Source: Pavona decussata (taxonomy: Eukaryota). From it: DNA of 64,000 bases. The DNA is taken from the NCBI GenBank assembly GCA_977016875.1, contig CDRNST010000093.1:7440001-7504000 (forward strand). The letters run 5' to 3'. The notes below the pieces were generated by a model. The model saw only the letters and a program-made list of their open reading frames with translations, did no database searches and was not told the DNA's origin. Below, in pieces: positions 1-13,369 of this stretch. Within the stretch, counting starts at the first letter, position 1; the number at the start of each line of letters is the position of its first letter. The position numbers and the translations under genes were made by a program.

Positions 1-422
1 GCCTTACTTGGAAAAAAAATGCCAGAAACGTGCTGTTAAAAGAGCCCGTCCCTGTCCACGACTAGACAAAAATTTTTTGTCAGCCGTGCCTCCTGTAATT
101 CCGGTAATAGAAATATTTACTATATTTACTGGCGCGCAATTTTTACGCCGTAAAGTTTTCAGTAACTGCTTTTTCTAGTAAATCTAAGTTTGTTTATACC
201 GTAAAAGGTTTACGTCTCTCTCCTCTTGGCGATAGCAACTTTGGATCGTCACGTCGGCGTTTACCTCAACGTTTGTGGTCGCGAAATGCTTTTTGTTACG
301 GATGATACTTTGCGTGCACACCCTCGAAAAACAAAACAAATTATGCAACTTGTTGACGTCACGTTATCAAACTATTTTCCAAATGTCTTAGCAACATTAA
401 GGTCGGTTGCTATGGTAAAATG

Positions 423-430
423 ATATAAAA
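423..430 (+). promoter_or_regulatory. Candidate TATA box of TIMP
   Basis: ATATAAAA about 85 bp upstream of the ATG at 512. Confidence 0.45.
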
Positions 431-511
431 ATGACACAAAAGGAAGCTGCTTTACTGAAGTGCCGAAGAGGACAAGGAGTGCTCATGAAAACACAACACT
501 GTCGAAGAAAC

Positions 512-2211
512 ATGGGGAATATACAACTGTTGTTTATCGTTGTTTGTGCGGTGGCGTCGTCCTTGGCGTGTTCCTGCATGAAAGAGCATCCACAGAAACT
601 ATTTTGCAACGCGGACTTCGGTAAGTCTTGCAATTTGTCAGATTTAATGTTGTAAGGTCGAGAGATGGCACTTCCTCGGCCAGCTGTTATTTATAGCGCG
701 GAGCGATGGCTTCAAGTATGAAACCATTTTAACCCAATTTCAAACACAACGATTTAGAAAAATTTTGATCTACGATTGAAACAAATCTCTCATTGTAAAC
801 CATGAATTTTGGCAGTTCTTTAGTTTAAGTTAACATTGTTTTTTTTTCTTGTTCAACAAATGAAGTGTAAGACATTAACATCACGCTTGAGGAAGCTATT
901 TTTTGCCAGCCCTAAAAGCAAATTTTTGCGACAGATGATTTCACTCTACACGTAAAAAAATATCACCAAACTAACTAGATCTCATATATCGTAGCCTTCA
1001 TCTCTGTTGACAGAGCTGTTGATAACAATATTTCTTTTAAAAACAAATCAGGTTGTAGGTTAAGTATTCTATGACGCTTATATTGCACAAACCGTAAAAC
1101 GCTATGAATTTTGATTCATTTTTAAGCAACGAGGCTGGTTCATCTATTTTCTATCTTAGTGGGAAAAAAACACAAAAGTACAAAAGCTTTGCTCTTATAT
1201 ACTTCTCACAAACCACCGTAAATGGTATTAGTTTAACCTTTTCCTGTCCGAAGTCGAACACTACCAAACCTTGTATCAAGCTAATTGTCACTCTTAATTT
1301 GAGTCTTAAAATTAACCGGATGCCATTTAGTAAGGAGTGCCGTAGTTTTGCTCTCTAGAGAGTTTAAGGGTTAACGAAAAATAATCCCATCCTCTGCGCT
1401 CAAAATATCCAGATAAAGGAAATGTCTTTTAGCGACGAGGCCACAGGTCGAGTTTAAGTGTGGGAAGTTCCGGAATAACATCTTAGCATCTATTTTGTTC
1501 GGTAACTTTTGAAGTTTGATTCTTGAAAGGCTTGGTGCTGTTTATTATGCGCCGATGTACAGCTCAAGAAGCCCTCACTTGCAAAATGAAATGACGAATA
1601 TTTTAGTTGCCCACCTTGGGCGCGTAAGTCCCACCCGTGCATCCCAGGATAATCAAAAGGTGAATTATACAATGCGGTTCTGATTTTCGCCTGCCGTACA
1701 AAAACGTGCTCACCAAATCGACATTTTGCAATTTTTTTTTGTGTGTGGTCTTAATTTGGATAAGAATTATTGATATACACGTACAAGTAAATTAGGCTCA
1801 AACCTCGCTTAAATGAATGATCACATGACATCCAGAGCTCTTCTGANNNNNNNNNNNNNNNNNNNNNNNNNNNNNNNNNNNNNNNNNNNNNNNNNNNNNN
1901 NNNNNNNNNNNNNNNNNNNNNNNNNNNNNNNNNNNNNNNNNNNNNNNNNNNNNNNNNNNNNNNNNNNNNNNNNNNNNNNNNNNNNNNNNNNNNNNNNNNN
2001 NNNNNNNNNNNNNNNNNNNNNNNNNNNNNNNNNNNNNNNNNNNNNNNNNNNNNNNNNNNNNNNNNNNNNNNNNNNNNNNNNNNNNNNNNNNNNNNNNNNN
2101 NNNNTGCTTAAAAATATTATCTTTTTTTTAATCGAAAAGAAATGTGAATAGGTTTTTTAATAGCTCTTTTTTTTATATACTTTTAACTTGTAAATAGCAA
2201 ATTGTGTGGAA

Positions 2212-2294
<83 letters not shown>

Positions 2295-2914
2295 GGTTGC
2301 AAATCTCTGCGAATGCTGAGTATCAATAGTTCAAGTATTCCCCGGTGATGGCATAACGTTGGTTTCTTGTTTCCACAGCTGTACTTGCTTATGTCGAGTC
2401 ACCACCTAAAGATGAGTTCATGCCAAACAATCCTTATCCAATGCCATGGAAAGAGCAAGTTTACACAGTGAGAATTAGAGGAATTTTTAAAGGTCAAGAA
2501 GCCGTCAAAGAAACCTTTTTTGGCTCCTTTCACGCGAAGCTCTACACTCCAAAAGCGATGTCTTGCAAAGTGACCCTCACACAAGGGACATACTACGCTC
2601 TGTTTGGCAAGATCCGCGGCGGAAATCTGTACACCAGTGCCTGCGATTGGCGGGAAAAGTGGTCGCGCTTGACGTCACAGCAGCGACTTGGCCTGCGCAC
2701 GCAGTACAACCAAGGGTGTGAGTGTCCGATAAAGGTTTGCTTCACTCCAAACTGTCGACGTCTTTTCCGTGGCTGCAGTAGTGGATACGATGTCAATACC
2801 AACGATTGCAGGGCGAAATACCAACGCTGTGAAAAGCAAGTTGGCTTTAGAGGCAACAGCAAGTGTGCATGGGTCGGCAGCAAGTCTTGTGACCGAATTG
2901 CTAATTACCCGTAA
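512..2914 (+). CDS. TIMP: Tissue inhibitor of metalloproteinases, 2 coding exons join(512..620,2379..2914), ~214 aa
   Basis: Signal peptide MGNIQLLFIVVCAVASSLA, then mature N-terminus CSCMKEHPQKLFCNADF (CxC...HPQ..FC TIMP signature). GT donor at 621 and ttccacAG acceptor at 2378 join in frame to AVLAYV...YTVRIRGIFKG...LYTPKAMSC...YALFG...SACDW...W..LT..Q..GL...YNQGCEC plus a Cys-rich C-domain. Confidence 0.95.
1847..2104. other. Assembly gap (N run) in the TIMP intron
   Basis: Run of N. Confidence 1.
2213..2294. repeat. (ATT)n microsatellite
   Basis: Near-perfect TTA/ATT repeat about 80 bp long. Confidence 0.95.
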
Positions 2915-3026
2915 CAAAACTTCTTGATAAAGATGAACCTTATCATGGCATAACAAATTTATATCAAATAGCAGTAGTTGTAGTACGAGGGGCCCTTGGT
3001 TTGACCGTTTTTCTGTAGTCCGATAA

Positions 3027-3032
3027 AATAAA
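3027..3032 (+). terminator. Candidate polyadenylation signal of TIMP
   Basis: AATAAA about 110 bp after the stop, followed by T/GT-rich sequence. Confidence 0.4.
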
Positions 3033-4556
3033 CTTGATGTTGAATTTATTAGTTTAAGATGTGCTTTATCTCTTATCTTCCAAGATCCACCGACAGTGGT
3101 TGGCCGGAACAGTGCTGTTTTGTTTGAAAATACGAAAATTCTTGATTTGCAAGTGACTTCCCCTATATAACATGTAGACTTCACAAGATAGAATATATCT
3201 TTTTACGGCTAAAGTAAAATTTTCATTTTGTAAAGAAAACGCTACGTTTAATCGAATTTTTTTGTTAAATAAACTATGCTCACATCTTTATAATCCTGGC
3301 TCACATCTTTCCCTTTTTCACCATGCTGAACAGCCAGGGAGCAACTCTCTGGTGGGGAGGGGAGGGGGTAGGGGAGGCTGCTAATATCAACATAATACAC
3401 AACATGACCTAGTTGGCTGACGAACCCTCCTCGTAACTCAATGGTTGCAGCATTAGACCAGTTTTGCAGGAAGTCGTGGTTTATCTACAGTCTCAATATT
3501 TAGGCTGTTTCAAGATACATTATCGAAAAAAGCACCCTGTTGTGTTTAGGGATAAAAATCGATTCTTCGGCTTCGGTTGCCTGTCTATTGTTCTCTCGAA
3601 GAATACCGAATCTATATACAGTGTGAGATGCCTCAAGGACTACTGCACGTCCCCTTAATTTTTTTTTACTCACACTTTGGTAGCTCCTGTTGATAGCCTT
3701 TGCTTTTTGTTTTGTTTGTTTTTTTTTTTTTTGTACTTCTTATCTGCCCTTTGTTAATTCTGAAGACTTTTGACTCTTAAGCCTTTTAGAATTTTAACCT
3801 AGTTTGCACTCCTTTATCATTTCTAGTAAGAAACATCGAGACACGAGGTAGATTCGTTTTTAGAATCTTTATTATTATTCTCATTATCAGTGTCATTACC
3901 GTTATTCATTATCATTATCGTTATCATTATCAATATTAAACTTTCTGGCGTTGTGTTTCTCAACAAAGCGTATGCATGGCTCAAAAACTTAATCTGTTTC
4001 AATTCCCTGGTCTATGTTGATGTTATTAAGCTTAAATCCTTCATTTTATGACAAAAGGACTTTACATTTCTGGAAATGCAATAAAAAATTTCAAGTTTTT
4101 TTCCTCGGAAAACATGGAGATAATTCTGTCGTTGTGGTAGACCGTAGTTCAAATTTGGTTTCCCGTACGGTGTCCTACCATTTTGAATTTGACGTCATCA
4201 TATGGCTGTCTTAGGCCTATTATTACAACAAAAGAGTATGCGCTTCCTGAAAACAGACTTACTCAGTCTTGACAGTTTTATTTTTACCCGCTGTTAAAGG
4301 CTGATATGGCCAGCGAAAATTTTCATTTATTTGTGTAATGAGCTCTAGTCACATCGACTTCACATAAGATTACCCATCTTCACTAGGATTCCAGGGAGGT
4401 TTCTTCGTCCAGAGCTTTTGGTTGCTGATCAAGTCCCTTTAATGCACATAACATCAGTTAAACTAGTATGATCGTGGCCCCTTTGAACTGATGATTTGAT
4501 CAAGTGTTGTTCATTTACAAATCTGTAGACGGGAGTCTGTGAAGCTCGTCTAGGGC

Positions 4557-5114
4557 TCATTTGACTTCTTCTATTTCTAAAAACAAAAAGAGAGGAAAAC
4601 AATAACGAACGATGAAAATACAAACAGTAACAAGTGACTGTCTCGTCACCAGTCCTCGCATGCTCAGATTTAAATGAATGTCTTCCCATTAGCCTCTGCT
4701 TATACGTTACGTTCGTTTCTAAGTTCCTGTTGCACTGCTCGAACACACTTTTAAGATCAATTTAAGCGCCAGCGGAAGAAACAAATGTAATCCACAGTGT
4801 ATTGTTTAGGTACGACAGAATAAGTTGACATAAGTATAACTAATAATCAGCATTTATGCAAACATTGTTCATCTTTCCTGGATAAAAGGACGCTTTAGAA
4901 TCGGAATTTTTATAATTCCTTGAATATGAAACCATAGACAACCATTTCAGTAGTAAAACGGACTGAGTGGTCACTTCCCTAAAAGCTCAACGTTCCGCAA
5001 CTATCGAGCGGCCATGTTTAATTTCTAACTGATGTTCTAGTTTAAAATTCTAGGCTAACTTGCTATCTAGGATCCCATCGTCTCCGTCGCTTCAGGCTCG
5101 ATCATGCATCAGCT

Positions 5115-5160
<46 letters not shown>

Positions 5161-8100
5161 ATTAATAAATGATGGTTTATTAAATATCACGCAGTCACAC
5201 CTGAAAGTAAAAGCATAAATCTAGGTAAATTTGACCGCTCTTTATTACACGAAGCCTCCATGGCCCAGTGAATAAGCTCGCGCTTCTTGACTTAAACACA
5301 TGACGGAAAAAGATCAAGTTAGAGGGCATGATTATTTTTACTAGAAAACAAACCTTGATCTCGCTGGCTGTGACTCGGCGTTTCTTCAGCCTCGGGATCT
5401 GAAAGAACAGCCGTCGATGCAGAACCTATAGGGAATCACAGATTTTGGAACCGGATTAAAAATTCTTCCCCGATAACATCTTCCAGTCATCGTCATCATC
5501 ATCATCATCTTCGTCGTGTTCTTCATGATCATTATCATAAGGTTCAGTGTTTACCCTTTTCAAATCTCTTGGGAATCGTATTCATATCAGTGTGTCCCGA
5601 GACACATAAAGAATACCAAAAGAAACAATGCTCGAGAGCCTCAGTCAATTCATCCTTCACGAGCCATTGTATGGGTAAACTGGCCTGCACATTCCTGTTC
5701 CGTCTCCTTGCCTGGCTGTGCTGTTGTCTACAGCTCTCGCCGCCCAAACCTTCTTCTAATCCCCTTATTAAGCCATAGCTAATAGCGGTTTCGTTTCAAT
5801 GAACTCAACATTCAAGCCAGTGCTATTATATAGTGATAAGGTTTCTAGGCTGCAAACCTTGATCTCGTTGGCTACGAGCACGCGTGTCTTCCGGTTCAAT
5901 ATCCGAAGGGACAGCCCTCGATGTGGACCCTGGTGACGCAGAAATTTCACATGCATAAGTGGGTTAAATTCCTCATGATCAGATCGTACATATAATTGTC
6001 CCCCCCCCCCCCCCCAAGAAGAAAACAGAAGGTACTCGGAGGAAAACTGTATTAAGTAGTTATAAGCAGTGTGGCTGGAGTCACTTCACTAAACCCAGTT
6101 TAGGCAGCAAGGTTTTTTTTTTTAAAGAATTCCGTCCTTTAAACCATCGTAGTAAGTAAGCGCGTTTGGCGATATCTTTCAGTCGAATCCAATTTGGAAA
6201 TTTTTATTAGTCTGCTTACGTACTATCGATACAATATAGACCTAATTGTAAGTGTTTTCCATTTCTTTGTCTATGCAATTCTATTGATACTTAACCCTCT
6301 TTTATGTCTTGCAAGTGGTTATGGATGAAACAAACGAATGGTTAAACCTTGCAATTCAACGCAATCGCTGTCGGTTCTCCTTTCGTTCTGTTCGATGTCC
6401 ACTGGAGGAGTTGATAATTCTGATGAAACTGAAATTAAAATACTGTCAATATATTTCATTTTTATCTTTCAGTTTATCGATTTCCATTAAAAAATAATTA
6501 TATATAAATAAGTATAACAAATCAAAGCCAAAGATATTGGGGGATATGAGTTTGTAAGACCTACCAAGACGGTCAACATCATTTATCAATGGTAGACTCG
6601 TATGCACAGGTCCATTATCCTCTCGAGGGCTTGCCGCGGTTATGGTTAACACCGGACCTAAAAAAAATAGGCATTTAAGTGTAATTTTATCCGAAGGTTT
6701 GGCTGGTTACCTTCATTGGACTCAACTGAAGAAAGGACAGTCCATCACACTTGCATTTAAACAAAGTCATTTTTTTATGCCAAGGTTAAGTCCGTTACCT
6801 TCATTGGAGTCACTTGAGCTCATAAATGCGGTGGCAATAAGCAATGGAACTACAATACAGGTTCCAAAGGCTGCTGGGAAGGCAGCACGTAAAAAATCGC
6901 CGACTGATCTGTTGAAGACAAAAAATGATTCAAAAATAGAGTTTGGGACCGGCTGAACTGGTCCCTAATGAAAAGGGACATTCTACTTTGTCCATTGAGC
7001 TGATTAAAGAGGCATTATAATTGGTCCCTTGTGCTACCTGAGTGTTGCCATAAAGCCTGCGCTGCGCAACTGGCAGGATTGTTTAAGCTGTGACAAAATT
7101 TGTTCGGGGGAACTTGGGCTCAAATGTTCGTGAGCCACGAATTATCGTGGATATCTTTACTATGGAAAAAAGTACCCTGGATCTGTAGTAACCTGTCAGA
7201 AAGAAAAGAAAAACAAACACAACAAACCCAATAATTCTTACCCGTGGTCGTCGGGATAAAACATTTGGATTGCCAGAACTATTCCGCCAAGTAAAACTCT
7301 TTCCGTGCATTCAAATACTCCGGAAATAAAACAGCTGGCTTCCTGAAATGAAATGTCAAAAATATTAAGATCATGTTGTACGAGAAACAAGACGATATTA
7401 ATGTTCTCTATGAAAGCTCGAAGAGCGTCGAAAAGTGGGAAGTTAGTCTGCTTTGAGGGATAAAACGTGTCACGTTCTCGTCTGAACAGGGCAAGGAGTT
7501 TGAGCTTCTAGCTGGTAGATACAGCAATCACATGTCATATTAGTGACATCTTTTACTATCGCTGATGGGTCCCTTACCTTTTGGTTTCCAGTTACCTCCT
7601 GATACAGGGTTGGCGTTACCATGGTGAGAAGCGAGGACATGCAGGCAAATATGACCGTGGGTGCATAAACAAGAGGGGTTCGCTCTGCTGACTGTAGAAA
7701 GAACCACATTGAAGTCCCAAAAATGGCGGAGGTTGTACATAAGACAACGATCTATAAAAAAGAATGAATTAATTAACATACTTGCTACAATAAACGTGAG
7801 AGAATATAACACCAATTAAAATGAAATAGTGACAGTCAGACAGCTAAGAATGACTATAACAATGACATAAACAACTTTAGTGTCAATGGAAATAGTATTG
7901 CAGTGAGGTTAACTGGCAATGGCAATTACAATGACAATCAGGACAATGGCACTCAGAGTAACAATGGTAATGCCAGTGACAATTTCAATGGCATTGTCAA
8001 TGACAATGGCAGTGGCAATGGCAACAACAATGATAACAACCATGAAAATGGTAGCTACAATGACTTCGATGACAATATCAATGCGATATCAATAACAATT

Positions 8101-10384
8101 ACTACGGCAATGGCAGTGACAATGAGTGGTGATGGCAATGACACTGATAATCACAGAGTAATGGCAGTAGCAAAGACAATGGCAGAGGCACTATTTCCTG
8201 TTTCTTTTATGCTCGAAAGCTAGTCAGATACCCGATCACAAGCAAAATTGCCATAGAAAAAGATTTCGTTGAAGGAATGCCCATTAATCCGCATTTCGCA
8301 AAACAAAACGACCAGACAACATTTTATGAAACAAATTATTACCCTAAGTTTCAGCTTAAAAATGAAGTTTCTTGATATTATTTCTGTCACGATACGAGTT
8401 ATCACAATTATCAATGGAAAGAAGGCGACTGACTCCTGAAAAGAAAGAACAAAATAGGTTAAATTACTTGTATTATTATTACTGTAAATAATTATGAATA
8501 AGTTTCTAAATCAATAGAGCAGTAGACTTAATCAGTGATAATTACACCAAAACTACTGGGAAAACGAAACCTAAAAAAACAATTTTTATATACTTACTTT
8601 TCGTAATCGAAGAGTTTCGATGAGGTAGAGTGGGAGGAAACATTGCACAATCCGAAAAGCAATCTTTGTGAACAGGACAACAAATCCAACCTGAAGGCAA
8701 AAAAAAATTCACAAAACTGGTCTGGATTATCAAATAGAAACGGAGAAAGAAGAGATAAGAGTAAGATATATCACATATCACAAAAGTAAAGTGCTTTCCA
8801 TTAAGCTAAAATGTTCCGTTGGAAAATCTAGAAGTTTCGGTGTTAAATGGAAAGGCTTTTTCATCTGGGCGAAGAACCTTTCAGTTTCAGTTCCAATATT
8901 GCAATCTTATTGGTAGATCACGGTACTTACGTGACAAAATGGAATTCGAAATCGTGTGCAAATGGACGGGTAATTTTTGGTTACAACCGACTGGAGAGAA
9001 AAGGCACGTGGAGTACCTCCTTAGATTGTCCGTGTGTTCTGGAAAATTAAATTGTTAATGAGTGTGAGAAGACAGAAGTTGTGATAATTACTGAAATGGT
9101 TTAAGTCGCTAACCTTGTATAGTAGGGGTTCTTTGAGCCATTCGTACCACGTCAATTTTGGTCTGCGATCTAATCTTATCATCTCTTGATTCACTATCGT
9201 ACTTGGTGATGAAATGTCTGCGGTTGACCTACCACAGTTTTTGTCTTGAAAAGAAAGTAAAATATGACACCATTGTATCGATATCACTATACATTTTCCG
9301 TATCGTACTTGAAGACACCCATCGACTCATCCTTATAAATGTTATGAGGAATCAAACGGATCTGATGTGATATTATACCTTCTTCCGTCTTTCCCTCTCC
9401 ATGTTCGCCAGGCCGATCACACTGGGGTCTGGGCTCCAAGACTGTCAAATGGAACGCAAATACGAAAACGAAACCAACCGGAAGTAGAATGAGGACCAGA
9501 TACTGAAAAATAAAACAATGTAGTATTATAAGCCAATCACATGTCAGACAAAAAATTACTGGAAAGGTTAATGATGCGCGGAAAGGTTGGGTATCAAAGA
9601 CAAGCACCAGCAAGGAAAAACGACGTTCTCTGCTTCCAGGAACTTTTGACAAGTAGTTTTCGTCCCATTTCATATCCAGATCTCCCATGGTCAGCACAAA
9701 ATCGAGTGTGATCTGGGAACAAGATTAGGCTCAACCCTCCTTAAAGAGAAGGGACTCGCTCCTAGTTAGGACTTCATAGTGTAACTGAGTTGGTTAAAGT
9801 GAAACTGTTGGAAGGTACAAGTTCAATGCTAGTGCAGTTATCAAAAGGAAAGCCTCAGGATAACAGTTGATTTTAAATAAACGCAGATGCCGTTTTCGTG
9901 ACTACCACTTTCGGCTTCATTTATGAGTCACGTTATGTAACCAACTCGACAACTGTTTCAGTGCAGACCTTTTCCTTTTGGGTTTTGATGTCGGGTAACT
10001 GGCAATCATAAGTAAATTTGCACACAATCAAGGTATTATCAATAGCACTAACCGCAAATTGCTCGCTGATCTTTGAATTCACTCTGTTTTCTGTACTGTC
10101 TTGCAACAAGAACCACAGCACTATATAAAGGCATACTTTGGATAAACGTACAATGGACCTGCAACAGAAGTCGTTAGAAACAAATGTAGTTATTCGTCTG
10201 TTGTGCTCGACCAGGGCACACAAGGGTAGTCGAAAATTCAGTGGTGCACCTTTGAATCACGTCAAAAGAAAACTTTAAATTTATGTCCGTTATTCAACCG
10301 TTACCAAGATTTTGATAAACTTTTAACATCAGGGCCCAGTTGCTCGAAGCATGGTTAGCGCTAACCCGGGTTAAATACCATGAC

Positions 10385-10421
<37 letters not shown>

Positions 10422-10447
10422 CGCTAACCCGGGTTAAATGCCATAAC

Positions 10448-10481
<34 letters not shown>

Positions 10482-11931
10482 CAGCGCTAACCATGCTTCA
10501 AGCAACTCAGCCCAGAACAATAATACACATCATACACACTTTAACCAACTCATTCGCAATCCAAAACAGTTTGTCAGTGAATTTGCTATGCAAGCAATGT
10601 TATGCGACATAATTAATATAGAAAAACGAACGGGGGGGGGGGGGGGGGGGGAAGCCAAAACAAAATTTCAAAAGGAAAAATTTCGCACCAAAATAAGTAT
10701 GGGGCGTTCACGTCACATGTCTAAAATTAATTCCACGTTTAATGCTTCCTTATCAAAACCTTGCAAATCATTTTTTTCACATTACCGACTGAATAGGATT
10801 AAAAAAAAAATAAAATAAAAATAAGATACAGTATAAAAATATTATGACGGATTCATTCATAAATTGTGTAATGTGAAGTGTCTTGTTAAGGATGACTGAT
10901 CACTTTATAAATATATAAAAAATGCTTTTCTATTTCTTTTTGTATCTTGTTTTGTAGTTATGTGGGCGTGCAGTCCTTAAATTCTCATTGACGATTTTAA
11001 TTTAGTCTCACCAAGAGATCAAACAACCTGCTACGTTCTAGTGTAATATCAAGACATAATCAATCAAAAGTTAACGGTGATCTTTCTTTGCAACACATTT
11101 TATTTCTTTTCAATAACATGTAAGATATTATTTTGTCAAAACACGAAAACCAAACCGAGAATCAATCGAGAGAGGCTCAATTCAAGAGAATTATTTATTC
11201 AAATAACAAAGCAAATTGTTTGGTATTTCTTCGCGTTATTAAAACAGATTTGCGACAATGACCACAGTCTTACACAAATCGTTTTCATTCGTTTCAAATT
11301 TGTGGTAGAATAGTTGACAAAAAAATTTTGATTTTGTGTTTGAAAATATTGTTCGTAACTACGCGTTGTGGCAGTAAACTCACCTGGATGTTTCATAGTC
11401 TTTGTGGTTTTCTTTCTGTAGTTCTTTCATCAAGGAAGAGTAGCCCATTTCCGCGAGAGGCCAGCATGTTGACAGTAGGACCACGGGCATAAGATAATAC
11501 ACACCTAATGCTAAATTTGAACTACCAGCCCCGCAAAACAAACACGGTGTGAAGGTAAGTGGCCAAGCAAAGAGTATACCAGCTGAACCGATAACATGTC
11601 TGGCCTTCTGGATTCCGTACGCAGAAAACGGCTTCCATATTCGTCCGTCACAACCAAAGTTTATCACAAGTAAAGTTACCGCCGTAAGAATTTGAGAAAT
11701 GAAGAACAAGATTCCAACACTGAGGGGAAATAACCCGATAACATTCTGAAAATAAAGCAAGGCATAACTGTACCACACATTCGAAGTCAGGTTGTTCAGT
11801 ATATGACCTGTCTTGCATGCAATACGCTTCCTTATCGACGGTTTCGTTTCCTCAGTGATGTCATCGACGCCATTGTTGCTGGACACAGCTGTAATATCAC
11901 GAGAACTGGCCATTCTTGTCAGACTCGTCAT
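4557..11931 (-). CDS. Divergent MFSD12-like MFS (GPH family) transporter, paralog A. Core exons 11384-11931, 10053-10158, 9379-9502, 9114-9244, 8598-8690, 8343-8435, 7578-7751, 7242-7342, 6799-6908. Putative tail exons 6711-6725, 6565-6657, 6348-6428, 5858-5929, 5354-5425, 4557-4576. ~610 aa if all are used.
   Basis: GT-AG exons with consistent phase, colinear with paralog B (93/93/174-nt exons identical in size). Motifs GHILNNLTSNVWYSYALLYF, WPLTFTPC, TWYEWLKEPLLYK, FLPLYLIETL, ESVAFFPLI, VYAPTVI. Tail exons are lower confidence. AATAAA on the minus strand at ~4326-4331. Confidence 0.85.
5117..5170. repeat. (TAAA)n microsatellite
   Basis: Tandem TAAA units. Confidence 0.9.
7830..8190. repeat. 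Degenerate AAT-GGC/AAT-GAC hexamer-like minisatellite, intronic
   Basis: Recurrent aatggc/aatgac/acaatg units in the intron between exons 8343 and 7751; gives a spurious N/D/G-rich ORF. Confidence 0.75.
10332..10512. mobile_element. MITE with internal ~58-bp tandem duplication
   Basis: GGGCCCAGTTGCTCGAAGCATGGTTAGCGCT ... AGCGCTAACCATGCTTCAAGCAACTCAGCCC terminal inverted repeats; internal unit present twice. Confidence 0.8.
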
Positions 11932-13369
11932 TCTTCATGTTGGCTTTCCCGCTTTGGCGGCAAAATGGAGATTCGCGATTCCAGTGAGCAAAAATTGTTC
12001 TTCTCTCGTCTTAAGCAGCAACTCGAAAGCTCTATTAACCCCGACTGATTTAAATTTTAAGATGCTTGTTATCCATCGATCAATCTTCATTCATCAATTC
12101 AAGATATTACAATTCGAAATAAACAATGTGACAGGAGTCTCCTCACACCATGATTTTACTGACTCACTTCATTACTCTTGACCGGAATAAAACTTATACG
12201 AGTTTTGTCCCAACACACAGACAGCTTTTTTGTCATGAATCTTTTAGACGCAAAAAATCGAGTACTTCTAAGTGAAGTAAAGATTTTTTGGTGGTCGGAA
12301 AAAGTGTTCAATCAACGCAAAACTCTATGTGGTTAATAAAATATTTATTTTACACAAGGTACTCTGATAATTTCAATTTTTCTTATTTTAAATATTTCGC
12401 GTCAGTTTTCAGGTTTGGTTTTGTGGTTTTCGTATTCACTATATTTTGGTCAAAATAAAAAACAAAAAAGTTTTCAGAAATTTACTAAAAACTAATAACT
12501 GTTCTTGTGATAATGGACAGTAACCATTAAGTAAGAAAAGTAAACAAGGAAATGGAATTCAAGGATAACAAGCTACTCAAGCTTTAATGATATTTGCCAC
12601 ACTATAACTATAACTGAAATATCATATCGTAAAACTGATTACTTAAATATTACTTATTTGCAGGGACAACTATCGGAGAAAAATAAGCTCCTTTTAGACC
12701 GATCTTCCTAAAAGGTTTAAATATTTAATTTACAAAACAACCATCTTAAACATAAATCTGTTTTCATACGTCATAATTGAGGTTGTTTTTACTGTGATTT
12801 TTACCAAGCCCACTACTGAAACAGAAACATTAGTCATAACAATACTTCGGAAAATATTATCCGTCTTCCGTGAAATAACAGCTCCCACTCTCTGTGCTTT
12901 TAAAAAACAAATAAATAGCCTCGCTGTCATTGGAATACTGTATATAATCCATAACACCATTTTAACTGATGAATACTTTGTATTACTTTGCACACGGCTT
13001 TTCTATAACGAAGGAGTCTTTTACTGATGTAAATTCCTTGGTTAAATAAACTTTATTCACTCATTCATTCGTTAACCAATCATAGTTAAACGGAGGGAGT
13101 TCTCAACAAAAACAATATCTAAATGGTGTTCAGAGATACTAAGTAAAATATTGATATATATTTCTGCCTCCAAAACACAAATTCACTGCCGGACAAAGAG
13201 TCACGCAAAGTACCGTGACGTTGGCAACTAATCTCGTACCCAGATCTCACTCGGTTTGGGAATGTCAAAATGGGTACGAGATTAGCTGGAAACTAAATTT
13301 TCAAACTTACCCCTCTCTCATCCGCAGAGGCTCCTTCATAAAAAAGGAGCGAAAAGTCGCAACCCGCTG

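Noticed and set aside
431-511. Longer TIMP N-terminus from upstream in-frame ATGs (431, 485)
   Set aside because: ATG 431 abuts the TATA-like box, and ATG 512 gives a normal-length signal peptide before CSC; 485 is not strictly excluded.
7083-7192. Possible extra exon of paralog A after ttctgacAG at ~7193
   Set aside because: In the required phase it hits a stop after ~23 codons; the exon at 6799-6908 is the one homologous to paralog B.
7903-8223. 106-aa N/D/G-rich ORF on + strand
   Set aside because: Translation of an intronic degenerate hexamer minisatellite; non-ATG start and no splice support.
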